A DNA stretch of 64,000 bases from Ascidiella aspersa. Its lineage: Eukaryota. Made by a program: the position numbers and the translations under genes. Location of the stretch: positions 25,358,001 to 25,422,000 of the forward strand of contig OZ004612.1 in NCBI GenBank assembly GCA_963924565.1, in the 5' to 3' direction. This document shows positions 39,301 through 48,300 of the stretch, piece by piece; position 1 is the first letter of the stretch; each line of letters begins with the position of its first letter. The notes under the pieces are model-generated. The model searched no databases. It was not told the origin of the DNA and worked only from the letters and a program-made list of their open reading frames with translations.

Positions 39301-40630
39301 CAAATTTCAGACCAGAAATGAGGCCAATTGAGCAAAGCGTTTCCAAGAACAAAAGTGTATTTATTGAAATGCAAACAAACGTTATGCTGCCTGGTAGACA
39401 AACACTTGTAATAATTTATTAATAAACACAGAGCAGTAGAAAAGGGGGCTATGGTAAGGCTCCAAACAGTTGAGACCTGCACTTTAGTTCAGCAGGCAAC
39501 AACGCTATGAAGTGCTTTCGAGTTTTCAGGGTCACGTCATTTTGGACCGGCGCCCGTGGGTTGGGGTTACAACAGGTCAATGACCTTGCCTAAGGCTTAA
39601 TATCGCGCCATCCGCTGACCATGAATTTCAAAAGAGGGCGGTAATTTTGTAAAATAAGGTGTTCAGGCGAATTTTCTTTAACAAAAATTACCTGCTGTCG
39701 AAATAAAAAGGATATTTGGATCGGCGCCCGTTGGGGTTACTATAGGTCAAAAATCGGCGAACGGCTGAATATCGCGCCATGAGTTGACCATGAATCACGG
39801 AGCCACTTTGTGTATAATGGGTAGTTTAAAGTAAAAGGTGAATTTTGTAAAATGGAGGCAACAAAAATAAAGGGTATTCTTTAAACCAAATAACAATTTT
39901 GCGTCATAGCACGCCTTGCCCTTTGGCACACCCGCGTGGTGAACGCCGTAACTTTATCTATTTTATGTTGGCTTGGCGATAAGGAGCAAACAGATAGCAA
40001 AAAATACACACATCCATTTCACAAATGTCTGATTTAGTTTGTGACACATAATAAAGACCATTTTGATCTTTATTCTAAGTCCTCCCTATAACAATTCGCT
40101 ATATATTTGTTATCTGTTGGTTGCAAAATGTCTGACTGAATATAGAGGCTGGGAACATTTACATTTTTTATTGTGGTTCGGAGAAATTTATTTGTATGTA
40201 AAAACAAATTTAAGTTATGTTTCATAGTGTCCTATAGATAAACAACTAAAAAGGTCAGTAAAACAAAATAGCTGTCTATTTCAGTCTAAGATAAAATTTA
40301 ATGATTTTTTTTCAAACCTGATTTACACAAAGTTTAATTAAAAAACATCTACCTAATAATTTTTAGTCTAAAATTATGTAAAAATACATGTGTACAAGAT
40401 TTAAATGTATAACTGTAAAAAATTTATGAAAAATAAATCACATAAAATGTAAACATGTTGATTTTTGATTACCTGGCGTCTGCTCCAGAAGTTGTCTTCT
40501 GTTCGGAATTTTGTTTTGCCAAATTTTGGATTTGTTCAGAATTCTGCTGCATGTCAACTTCAGTTATTGAATCTTCGGAGGAGTTAGATGAAACGGAACC
40601 AACATGAAATGATACTTGTCTATCTTCCAT
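54..40630 (-). CDS. ACACA: Acetyl-CoA carboxylase, 5' part (26 coding exons, 1352 codons; gene continues past window start)
   Basis: Spliced exons with GT-AG borders and consistent phases. Hallmark motifs: [71 protein letters not shown] (biotin Lys), [26 protein letters not shown] vs ACACB cannot be resolved; this may be the single invertebrate ACC. Confidence 0.97.
920..1075 (-). CDS. ACACA: ACC exon (MHQREY...KVASV...PPCQRMG...)
   Basis: Regulatory loop and PPCQRMG motif. Confidence 0.93.
1575..1693 (-). CDS. ACACA: ACC exon ([12 protein letters not shown]...PTSHPNR)
   Basis: Conserved central domain motif. Confidence 0.95.
2251..2406 (-). CDS. ACACA: ACC exon (VESIFLS...RMAAFE)
   Basis: [10 protein letters not shown] motif. 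Confidence 0.95.
2888..3049 (-). CDS. ACACA: ACC exon (NSVSGRD...[11 protein letters not shown]...HSQ)
   Basis: [11 protein letters not shown] motif. Confidence 0.95.
3799..4012 (-). CDS. ACACA: ACC exon ([10 protein letters not shown]...IQLI)
   Basis: GIRGH motif, splice sites. Confidence 0.94.
4667..4887 (-). CDS. ACACA: ACC exon ([11 protein letters not shown]...QIVNR)
   Basis: Central domain motif YASNITS..QFP. Confidence 0.94.
5464..5610 (-). CDS. ACACA: ACC exon (VFSVAH...[12 protein letters not shown])
   Basis: Central domain motif [10 protein letters not shown]. Confidence 0.94.
5795..5903 (-). CDS. ACACA: ACC exon (LEPDD...KSHK)
   Basis: Phase-consistent splice sites. Confidence 0.9.
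6265..6388 (-). CDS. ACACA: ACC exon, BCCP with biotinylated Lys (YAEIEVMKM)
   Basis: MKM at 6362-6354. Confidence 0.97.
6597..7398 (+). mobile_element. Non-autonomous hAT element with transposase C-terminal relic
   Basis: TIR TAGGGTTGG(G)CA, perfect 8-bp TSD CATTTAAA, subterminal TTGACCGGTCAA repeats; 6877-7044 reads [18 protein letters not shown]. Confidence 0.8.
7877..8004 (-). CDS. ACACA: ACC exon (YRITI...[18 protein letters not shown])
   Basis: BT-BCCP junction motif. Confidence 0.95.
8866..8913. promoter_or_regulatory. Intronic DR4 with CCAAT and SRE-like motif
   Basis: GGGTTActacGGGTCA (8898-8913), CCAAT (8866), ATGGGGTGGG (8869). Confidence 0.5.
9141..9215 (-). CDS. ACACA: ACC exon (LSDGGLLLS...KEEVDK)
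   Basis: Conserved LSDGGLL motif. Confidence 0.94.
10687..10839 (-). CDS. ACACA: ACC exon (GQVLTPASL...VDVYR)
   Basis: BT domain, phase-consistent. Confidence 0.92.
11415..11518 (-). CDS. ACACA: ACC exon (SERPCTAV...NSLER)
   Basis: BT domain start, phase-consistent. Confidence 0.92.
14672..14822 (-). CDS. ACACA: ACC exon ([22 protein letters not shown]...EKVK)
   Basis: BC C-terminal motif, splice sites. Confidence 0.96.
15094..15238 (-). CDS. ACACA: ACC exon ([20 protein letters not shown]...)
   Basis: Conserved BC motif, splice sites. Confidence 0.96.
15928..16016 (-). CDS. ACACA: ACC exon ([19 protein letters not shown])
   Basis: Conserved BC motif, splice sites. Confidence 0.96.
16645..16796 (-). 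CDS. ACACA: ACC exon (VEHPCTEM...PIDFI)
   Basis: Conserved BC motif, splice sites. Confidence 0.96.
17326..17436 (-). CDS. ACACA: ACC exon (DAVALAK...FLELNPRLQ)
   Basis: Conserved BC motif, splice sites. Confidence 0.96.
18827..18983 (-). CDS. ACACA: ACC exon (SRHLEVQ...[11 protein letters not shown]...MEK)
   Basis: Conserved BC motif, splice sites. Confidence 0.96.
19370..19533 (-). CDS. ACACA: ACC exon ([24 protein letters not shown]...)
   Basis: ATP-grasp glycine loop, splice sites. Confidence 0.96.
21240..21510. repeat. AT-rich minisatellite (ATTATTTTGTCGAAAAA...CATCATCAAT)
   Basis: Six to seven imperfect tandem copies. Confidence 0.75.
21524..21759 (-). CDS. ACACA: ACC exon ([11 protein letters not shown]...DALK)
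   Basis: Conserved BC motif, splice sites. Confidence 0.96.
22414..22525 (-). CDS. ACACA: ACC exon ([13 protein letters not shown]...MWAL)
   Basis: Conserved BC motif, splice sites. Confidence 0.96.
23554..23786. promoter_or_regulatory. Intronic lipogenic enhancer candidate: two DR4, E-box, SRE-like, CCAAT
   Basis: GGGTTActgtCGATCA (23560), GGGTTActgtCGGTCA (23590), CACGTG (23607), ATTGG (23554, 23681), GTGGCGTG (23751, 23777). Confidence 0.55.
23882..24000. repeat. Long palindrome (~51-bp arms)
   Basis: Arms are near-perfect reverse complements; degenerate copy at ~31550-31720. Confidence 0.8.
24769..25017 (-). CDS. ACACA: ACC exon, BC domain start (VLIANNG...TNVQ)
   Basis: Conserved BC motif, splice sites. 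Confidence 0.96.
25173..25490. mobile_element. hAT-like MITE
   Basis: TIR TAGAGAT(A/C)GAC(C/A)GATA with subterminal CCGAT repeats; TSD degenerate. Confidence 0.6.
28446..28629 (-). CDS. ACACA: ACC exon (SQTSAPQQ...GGKRSIEK)
   Basis: AG/GT borders; [14 protein letters not shown] precedes the BC domain. Confidence 0.9.
29154..29484. mobile_element. hAT (Buster-type) MITE
   Basis: TIR CAGGGGTTC; TSD GTGTACAC/GTGTACAA. Confidence 0.75.
29909..30679 (-). CDS. Intronless orphan ORF (256 aa) nested in ACC intron, two CxxC motifs
   Basis: Longest ungapped ORF in the window, GC-rich like true exons, AAGATG start context, AATAAA ~230 nt after the stop (29679-29674). No recognisable family. Confidence 0.7.
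   Translation of the reverse strand: MTAFVMPENHGAFPPFSWLIMDDSAPDNGRCFPFDHAAATTVLSHLTGMTKSNGYATIPPLKNGVGDLFKPGFEERLQRVKDAQKKNDDKFSPVFGHQKPAAAGVKRAEAASRAPDATSDPCSGLTGYIKRCNKQRKQYDCLRCGAPLTVADKVRDGLMRSRSWPQVSAKKAAAAAAETRPVFKCQKCGKRYSDLTLAKRLRKRSYYARRVNGVRRSITWPLPMESIAEEHEPALLVFEDAAGQEGDDSQWVVRAV
30904..31347. mobile_element. hAT (Buster-type) MITE
   Basis: TIR CAGTGGTT(C/T)TCAACCT; perfect TSD CTATATAG. Confidence 0.8.
33502..33939. mobile_element. hAT-like MITE
   Basis: TIR CAGGGCTAC(C/T)CAAC; TSD not conserved. Confidence 0.55.
37604..37813. mobile_element. Small MITE with ~28-bp TIR
   Basis: GGC(A/G)CTGGTCTAGAATCCTACCACATTT inverted repeat; partial copy at ~41565-41675. Confidence 0.7.
38230..38255 (-). 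CDS. ACACA: Candidate alternative first coding exon of ACC (MRLPVKARG)
   Basis: ATG plus 26 nt, GTAAGA donor in phase 2, same phase as the 28629 acceptor; GC-rich promoter-like region immediately upstream. Confidence 0.5.
38256..38480 (-). promoter_or_regulatory. Candidate internal ACC promoter with DR4 elements
   Basis: GC-rich island upstream of the MRLPVKARG exon; TGACCTggagTTACCC (38376-38391), GAGTTActtcGGGTGA (38439-38454). Confidence 0.45.
39564..39749. promoter_or_regulatory. Duplicated DR4 (LXRE-type) elements, the first overlapping a perfect IR1
   Basis: GGGTTAcaacAGGTCAaTGACCT (39564-39586); GGGTTActatAGGTCA (39734-39749). Confidence 0.6.
40473..40630 (-). CDS. ACACA: ACC first coding exon ([20 protein letters not shown]...ADAR)
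   Basis: ATG at 40630; 158 nt ending in phase 2 at a GTAATC donor, matching the 28629 acceptor. [13 protein letters not shown] resembles vertebrate ACC1 FIIGSVSEDNSED. Confidence 0.8.
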
Positions 40631-43600
40631 TGTAATTTAGATTCTGTTTATAAATACCTAAACTGGGTTTCTGGTTTAAAACAAAAAATTATGTTAAACC
40701 CATAAAATAACATTTAAATTTAAAATGTAGTCTGGAGTTTATACATGCAATCCCCAGTTTTAGTTTATTCCTAATGGTTTATTAACAGCCAAAACATCAC
40801 TATTTTTTTCCTGATAGCAAATAGCTAAATTGTCTAATTATCTGTTGGCTTGTGAATTTATTTTGTTTGTTTTTATTGGTTAAATTACTAGAATGAAAAC
40901 AAGCTGTTACCTTCTGCACAGTTGCGTGAAACACTAAGAGCAATAATTTGTCTGCCAAAAATAAAGCCTGTTAAGTACAAATTAAATAAATGTGTCAACT
41001 AAGCTATAGACTATTTATTATGCCCTTTATTCTTTTACTTTTAAACAATGACTTGTTTTGATTAGACAAAAGCTTTTCTATTACACAAAAAATATTATTT
41101 ATAACATAAAATACCTAGAGTGGCGGATACTATCCAAAATCTTAAGTTTGCCAATTATGCAAATAACAGCAGTTAAGTTGAAAGTCTAAAAAAAAGATAA
41201 ATAACAAGCGGATCAAGTTAAATTTGACACGTTATTATAACTTGTTAAATTCAAACTTCACAGTGAGCTCTAACATTCTTTAGATGCGAAGTTTTATTAA
41301 TTACATTTGTGTGCACAACTGGATATGGAAATATTGCACCCTTCGGTTTATGAAAATTATCGTTTTATATGTTGTGGAACCTCCTTAGTTTTGGGTTGTG
41401 AAACATCCTTGTTTATATTGGGTTGTGGAACATCCTTAATCACAGTCCACATAAACCTTAGTTTTACGCTGCACTTTAACATCGGGGGAGATGTTTAGGC
41501 AGCCCAAAATTGACGGCTTTAATAAAGATAAGGCTAAGATTTGCGCGGCTGTAATAAGACTGCGGCGTTGGTCTAGAATCCTACAACTTTTTTGCACAGT
41601 AACGAAACGAGTTGTCAAAATTTAAATTACAAGGAAGACATAAATATAACTACAAGATGTTAAATATAATAATAATACTTCCAAAATTTGGCTGAACAAA
41701 AGTCTACTAATCAAGGTGTGCATACAAATTGCTTTATAAAATATCTGGTGTGCATTTGACACAATTTCTTATCGGTAATTTCAGTGACATAATCCAACAA
41801 AACTTAATAGACATCTAGAAGTCAGCTATTTATTAGGTTTTACTAGATTTGTTCAAATGAAGGTCAAACAATATAGCGCTTAAATTAAAGTAATTTTAAA
41901 CTTCAACAAATTGTGCAGTAACGGTTTCTCTTTTGTATTTTTTCATTATTAATAAACAGTCTATAAAAGCACCAACATTATCTAATAGTGTATACAAAAG
42001 TAACTCTACATCACAGTCATCACATCCATTTCTGCAACGTATGGTTCAGGGAAATGTGGTAACATCAGTCAAAATGTCCAAACCGGACTTTGAACAACGT
42101 CCGCTGCAACATACGTCAAATGTCTGTGGAGTTAATGCAACGTGATTTAAAAGTCTGCATAAACTATTTGGACTAAAGTTTTATAAAGATCCTTTTATCA
42201 GAGACAAGCTGCTATAAGCGGCGTAACCGAATTATTTACAGAAAAATAAATCTATTTATAAATTTGCAACACAAATAAAATTAAAATTGCCTGGAAGACT
42301 TGCTACACTCTTTTGTCTTGACGTAATATTACTAACAGAAAGTCTGAAGTCTGCGGGAATAATTTAGGGGAAAACCCTAATATATTTAAGTGTTAAATTT
42401 AGTTAACACCATGACGATGCATAAGAATTGTAGCCTATAGACGATTTTAATCTTTTCGCGGAATCTCTTTATAAAATGTTGATTTTTCAAATTTCATTTC
42501 TATCGAGAAAACACGTATGTCCCTTTTATTACATTTAATGTTAAAATGAAACACGACAGCAAGAACCTCTATTTTTTTCTAATTCGCACACGTTTTAGTT
42601 TAAAAGAAATAAACCAAGCCGATAACATTCTGCGGTCTGTGTGATCACTTATCTACTTAACCTAAAAATATATTGCTATTCCTTTACATATCTAGCAGGT
42701 AGCCTGGCGCTTTTGTTTTTTACACCGCGACGCAGGCCTATAGAATTAAAAGGAAACATCACTTTTATTACCCCATTTCTTCGTTTCCTGAGTTGTTTCT
42801 AGAATATCACAATGACTCAATATTTAGAATATCGTTGTCTCCCATTAAAATATTATGTACTGTAATTCTATTGCTAAGTGCGATTCTACACTCAAGCGTT
42901 TAGCAGCCGTTGTTGCACTTTGTAGGTATTTTCTATAATAGGCTATACAGCTCGAATATAGACATTTTCCACTAGTGCCCAATTTGTGTGACTTTGCCAT
43001 CCATGGTAAACAATGGTTCAACGAATTCGTTACAGTGTGAACCAGGGCTGCGGAGTCGGTTTGTTTTGTTGGAGTCGGTCTCGGGACTCGGGACTCGAGT
43101 AAGACCACGCAAAACTACCCCAGTCCCGACTCCGACATGCGCATGCGCAGTACTAAATTTCAAAACTGATATGGCTGCTAATTAAAAATTGTAAAGGTGG
43201 AATAGAATATGATGGAATTTTATCAAACCATATGTTAATTGTGGGTAAATGAATTATATATGACTCCCCTATAAGTCGATTGCTGAATATCCACGTTATT
43301 TTAATTACATAAGTGTGCGGAATACAGGCCTAGAGACAGTGCCAGACGCGGGACTCGACGAAATCGCACATTTGACACGAGTCGGACTCGGGATTCGGAC
43401 TCGGGTTTATATTGTTGGCCGAAGTCGGACTCGGTTTATTTTTAACAGACTCGGTTCTAAGTTTCGCATCGGATCGGCACCGATATTACCCTATAGGATC
43501 GGACGAGTACCGATAGTACCACTTGACATCGGTATCGACTCAAAACCGATATTAGTGTGCATTGCTATAGCCACGACCATATAATTAAAAGTTTTTTAGT

Positions 43601-45300
43601 TTAACACTAATTTGGTGTTTCTGTTATCACTTAGAAGACCTTTCTTATGACATTCTAATACACAAGTTAATATTAACTTGTGTATTGACGACGGGACACC
43701 AAGTCCAACTAACACTACCGCCAAATTACAATACACACTACATACAAAATTTAACTAAAGTTTCTAGCGATTTTAGAGGGCGAGTCTTTTTTGTAGGGTG
43801 CTTGTTTTGTCTATAGCCAGGAACTTATACAAGGCATAGGTCCACAGACCTGCGTACCCGGTTTTGTGACGTGTAAAAATGACTCTATATGACATGTTAG
43901 AATTATAATCAACTTATAATAATTCAGTTAATATACGTAGCGTAAAAATATGTTGTAAAATACGCTAAACTATCCGACCGGCAAAGTTGATTCTATCCGG
44001 CCCGCGATAACCAGTTCGTTATCCGTTCCTCTGTGAAGAGTTTTGACTCGTATGCTATAGGGTTGTGCTAAAGAGAGATCCACACACATGTACAAACTGC
44101 GACGCATCGAAAATCCGGTGTTAACTCCATTAGTCAACCGCTCTATAAAGAAGAACAATCAAGCACTCCGCGTCTTTTCGACGGCCGGATGTCGTCGATG
44201 TACCGGGTGATACATGTGCGGAAATGTTTGTTGTTTCGCAATGATCAGCGGACCGCCTTTTCAGTTGCTCACGTAGTGTGTGTTAGGTGGGCACAAGGCT
44301 GCATTTACCGGAGCGTTCGAAGTCGCGAGGATTTAACTACCTACTTGAGTATAACAATATACATTATTATGACGAAAAATCTATAGCGAATGACCATAAT
44401 CTTCTCATACAAAAATACTGATTTGTTGATTTCTGATTCAAAAATCGTTGTTCGTCAAAAGTTCACTAAAACCTTCATAAGTTCGAAATAAGTTGGCCTA
44501 ATTAGAACTAGGATGCGAGGCAAGGCAAGTTGAGGCCGACCTACGAGCTTTACTGATAGACTGTGTTCGTGTAGATTTTTTTACAGATACAGCCTATAGG
44601 CTGAGTTGTAGGTGAGCAAAAGTGTTGTAAACAAGTCATTTTGAAATGACTCAAGTCCAAGTCAAGTAATTTGTAAAATAACTTAAGTTCGATGCATGAA
44701 ATCGAAATGTAGCTCGACAATGACATGCAAAGGCAAAAAGGTCGAGTAAATCGACATAATCTTGATAACAAATTGTTTTATGTCCGTGAATTGAAAAACA
44801 AATAACCTAATTTTGCCAAAAAAATGCCCAATGAAATCATTTCAATCAAGGTCATTTGTCCAAAAGACTTAAGTCACATCAAAGACCAAGACATTTTGCC
44901 CAACATACTTAAGTCAAGTTCAAAAACAGTGACTAAAATGCGCTAAAGTCAAGCTATACGACTTAAGTCATTACAACACTGCTACCCTTATTAAATTTAC
45001 GTCTACCCCTTCCAACAGATGGGCACAATAATACTTATCTGGCGACTTGAGACCAACAACAACTAAAATACGTTTTTTTTTTCTGTGACATTTATTCAAA
45101 ATCAGATTTAAGTTGGGAAACCGAGTTCCAAATCGAAAAGGCCTGTTTTAAATTTAGAAAAAATAATTTCTTGTTTATTTACAATTCTAATATTTTCTCT
45201 GAATGCCATTTCTAGAAAATCTTGACCAGTAAGTTTAACACGAAGATTGTCGATTCATCGTGTAATTGTGACTTTTACTGAAAACCAACCGGCACGAAAA

Positions 45301-45364
45301 ATGAAGTTCGAACTCTCGCTGGTCCTATTGGTTTTCTGTAGCGTTTGGCGCAGTGGCACGACAT
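45301..45364 (+). CDS. ZP protein exon 1 (signal peptide)
   Basis: MKFELSLVLLVFCSVWRSGTT, GTAAGT donor. Confidence 0.8.
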
Positions 45365-48300
45365 GTAAGTTACAAAACGAATTGGCGTAAATGTACAAAT
45401 ATACCGTATCGTAAAATTTGGCGGACCATCTAAAATAATAAGGACACAAAGATTTACTAAATACACATTATGTTTAACGTGTATATGCTTTAAATTTAGC
45501 TTGATTCAAATCCTGAGGGCGGTTTAACATTCCATAGGCGTAGAAATTTTCTATGCATTCTGTTGAACGATTAAGGACAGCAATCTAATGCTCCTGTGGT
45601 GTAGCAACCAGCATTTCAATTCAATTTGAACCTTAAATTAAAAGGTCCCAACTCAAAGCATGTAGCGCATTGCCATCCTTACAATTTATGTTTTCTTAAT
45701 CTATAGATAATCTCACCTGCGGCACTCAGATCACGTTAAGGTAAGTGGAACACTGTTTTTGCGTTTACTTGGCCAGGACAAAACTGCCAGAATATCGCTA
45801 CAAGCGCATTAAACCAGGGGTGAGCAACCTACGGCCCGCGAGCCAGATTCGCCCCGTCAACGCAAATCATTCTGCCGGCGACCTATTTTACGTACTGAGA
45901 ACGAGGCCATTACTTAGATTTTTTTGCCTAATTTGCACTTTGTGCAAGTCTTGTTCTTGTATAGAATGTAACATGTAGATATGCCCGTTTTAAATTTCGA
46001 AATACCCTAGTTTTAGCAGTGGATGCGGTTGTTATAATAAGATGCGTAAAGTCTGTTAAAAAATAACGGCCAGCAGAGGAACAGGGGATGTGGTGTTGTT
46101 TTGCACAATGTGTGATGGGCACAATAATACTTATGTGCAAAAATGCGCACGCCTCAATGTGCTAAAAATGTGCGCACATTGTGTAAAAGTGCTCACATTT
46201 TTAAAAGGCCTTTTTTTTTGCAAATTTTTGCATGCAAATTTTGCGCACATTGTGCAAAAATGTTCGCATCCCCGTCTCCCGCAGAGACCATTCTGAGTTT
46301 GGTTTTGGTTCGCGACCAGAAAAAGGTTGCCGACCCCTGCATTAAATGGTTTTATCGGAATTACTTTCGCGCTATTAGCATTCTTAGAGTGAAAGCTCTT
46401 TTTTATCAAAGGAATATTTCCGCCCTGATAAGAGTATTGCTTAATTGAACAAAACGACTTGTATTTCATGGGTTTTAACTTTCCTTGTTTAAAATTCGCT
46501 AGTGCATATTGTTTAAACGCCTGAATAATTTGCCGTTAGGCAATATGTAAATGGCGGTTGTTTATCAGCAACATATACCAAAACGCTTTTTAAGCTAAAA
46601 TACGCATATTAGAATAGAAATAGATGAGTGTCCTCTTAAGTTGAATTCCGGGTCAATTAAACACTAAACTTATCAAATTGAACTAAATTTTGCATAAGTG
46701 TTAGAAAGGAGCTGATGAAAATAAATTTGAGTCGATGCATTTTAATTTCGCACTTGATTAACTGCAATGATTTTTGTTTTAAATGAAGTTGCGGTTTTAA
46801 CATTTTGTGTTTTTTTTTTTTTGTAGTTTTTGATATAGAAAAGTTCGACAATTCTGCAGCGATGCACAAAGCATAGATCGTGAAGTAACTTGTCTTTCTA
46901 ACACTTATGCAACACAAAGCATAACATTTAAATAGTTTTTTCGTCATTATATAATATTTATTACTGATTAGGTTCAGTTTGCCTGATTATTGAGGACGTT
47001 GTAACCACCAAACTGATACAATCGACACAATGTACAATATTTTCTTCAGCTCCTATAGGATTGCTTTATCCTACACCTAGAGTAGCAGTTCTATTGAAAA
47101 TCTTTCCACAAATTCTCCAGTTTTGCTTCGAAATGCTTACATTAATTCATATGTTTTAACGTATAGCTTTGTTCTCCCACCAACTGACCTGTAACGTTTG
47201 CTGCAGTAAATTCTCTGGTCTAGTGGGGCCCGAGAAATTGCTAAATGAGCAGCGATCATTTTCTAAATTTAAAAGATAAACTATTTATATTACTCATATG
47301 CGAGATATGGTTTTGTACTATTCTTAAGATCAGTATTTCTTGAACTGTGAAATCGCTCTCCCTAGGGCAGTGGTTCCCAAACTGTGGGACTGAGACTACT
47401 TTAAGTGGGCCATAGCGCTATTTTATTGCAACTACACTTTTTGTTTTAATAAAATAGCTGGTGGCATAAACTGTACGTGCGAGTTGTTTAATTTCAAATG
47501 AGTAATCAGAAACTTAATAAAGTTACATTTGTTGTTAGACGAATGGTATCAAGGAATAAAAATGTTTATGCGTTAGTCATAAACAGAGGTGAAAAAACAA
47601 TCGGCCACCATCTGTATTGCAAAAAAAATTGGGCACGGAATAAAATAGTTTGGGAACCACTGTCCTAGGGCCGACAGGTATATCGACTTTTTGCAAGGAT
47701 GAATCAATAGACAGGGGTGAATGAAGGGTGAATGAGTTGTTTTAACTTACTGCATTAGTGTCTTGGCGTATTTAGTCAATTGTTTTTTTATGTTTAACTG
47801 ATGAACGGTGGAACACAAATCGATTAATATTTCGGGTTGATGAAAAACTTTTAAACAGCTCAGTTAATATTTTAGGCATATCAAAAAGATAAACAACTAT
47901 TAAAAGGCAAAGCCTGCCAAGGCGCTAGCAATTCAAGAAATTGTTGTGCGGCAGCTGAAGCCGTAATACCAATCCAATTCTGTTTCAGTTTGGAACCGGC
48001 GGATTTGGCCAATCTGGAGGTGAATGCCAATCTTTTCGTAGTGTCCGCCGCACCCATCGACGGCGAAACATTAGACCCAAGCAATCCATGTCACACAGAC
48101 ACCACCTCTATTACCTTTAACGTCACCGACTGCTCACCAAACATCGTGGTAAGAAGCTGTTGTGGCAATGGTTTTTAACCTGTGGGTGAAGAAATTTGAC
48201 ATTTCTTTGGTTAACTTAGATTAACTATCGGTTTTGGGTAAGCTATATTTCAAGAAATTTCAGTATTTTGCAGTGATTTGAACAAGTCATTTTAAAATCT

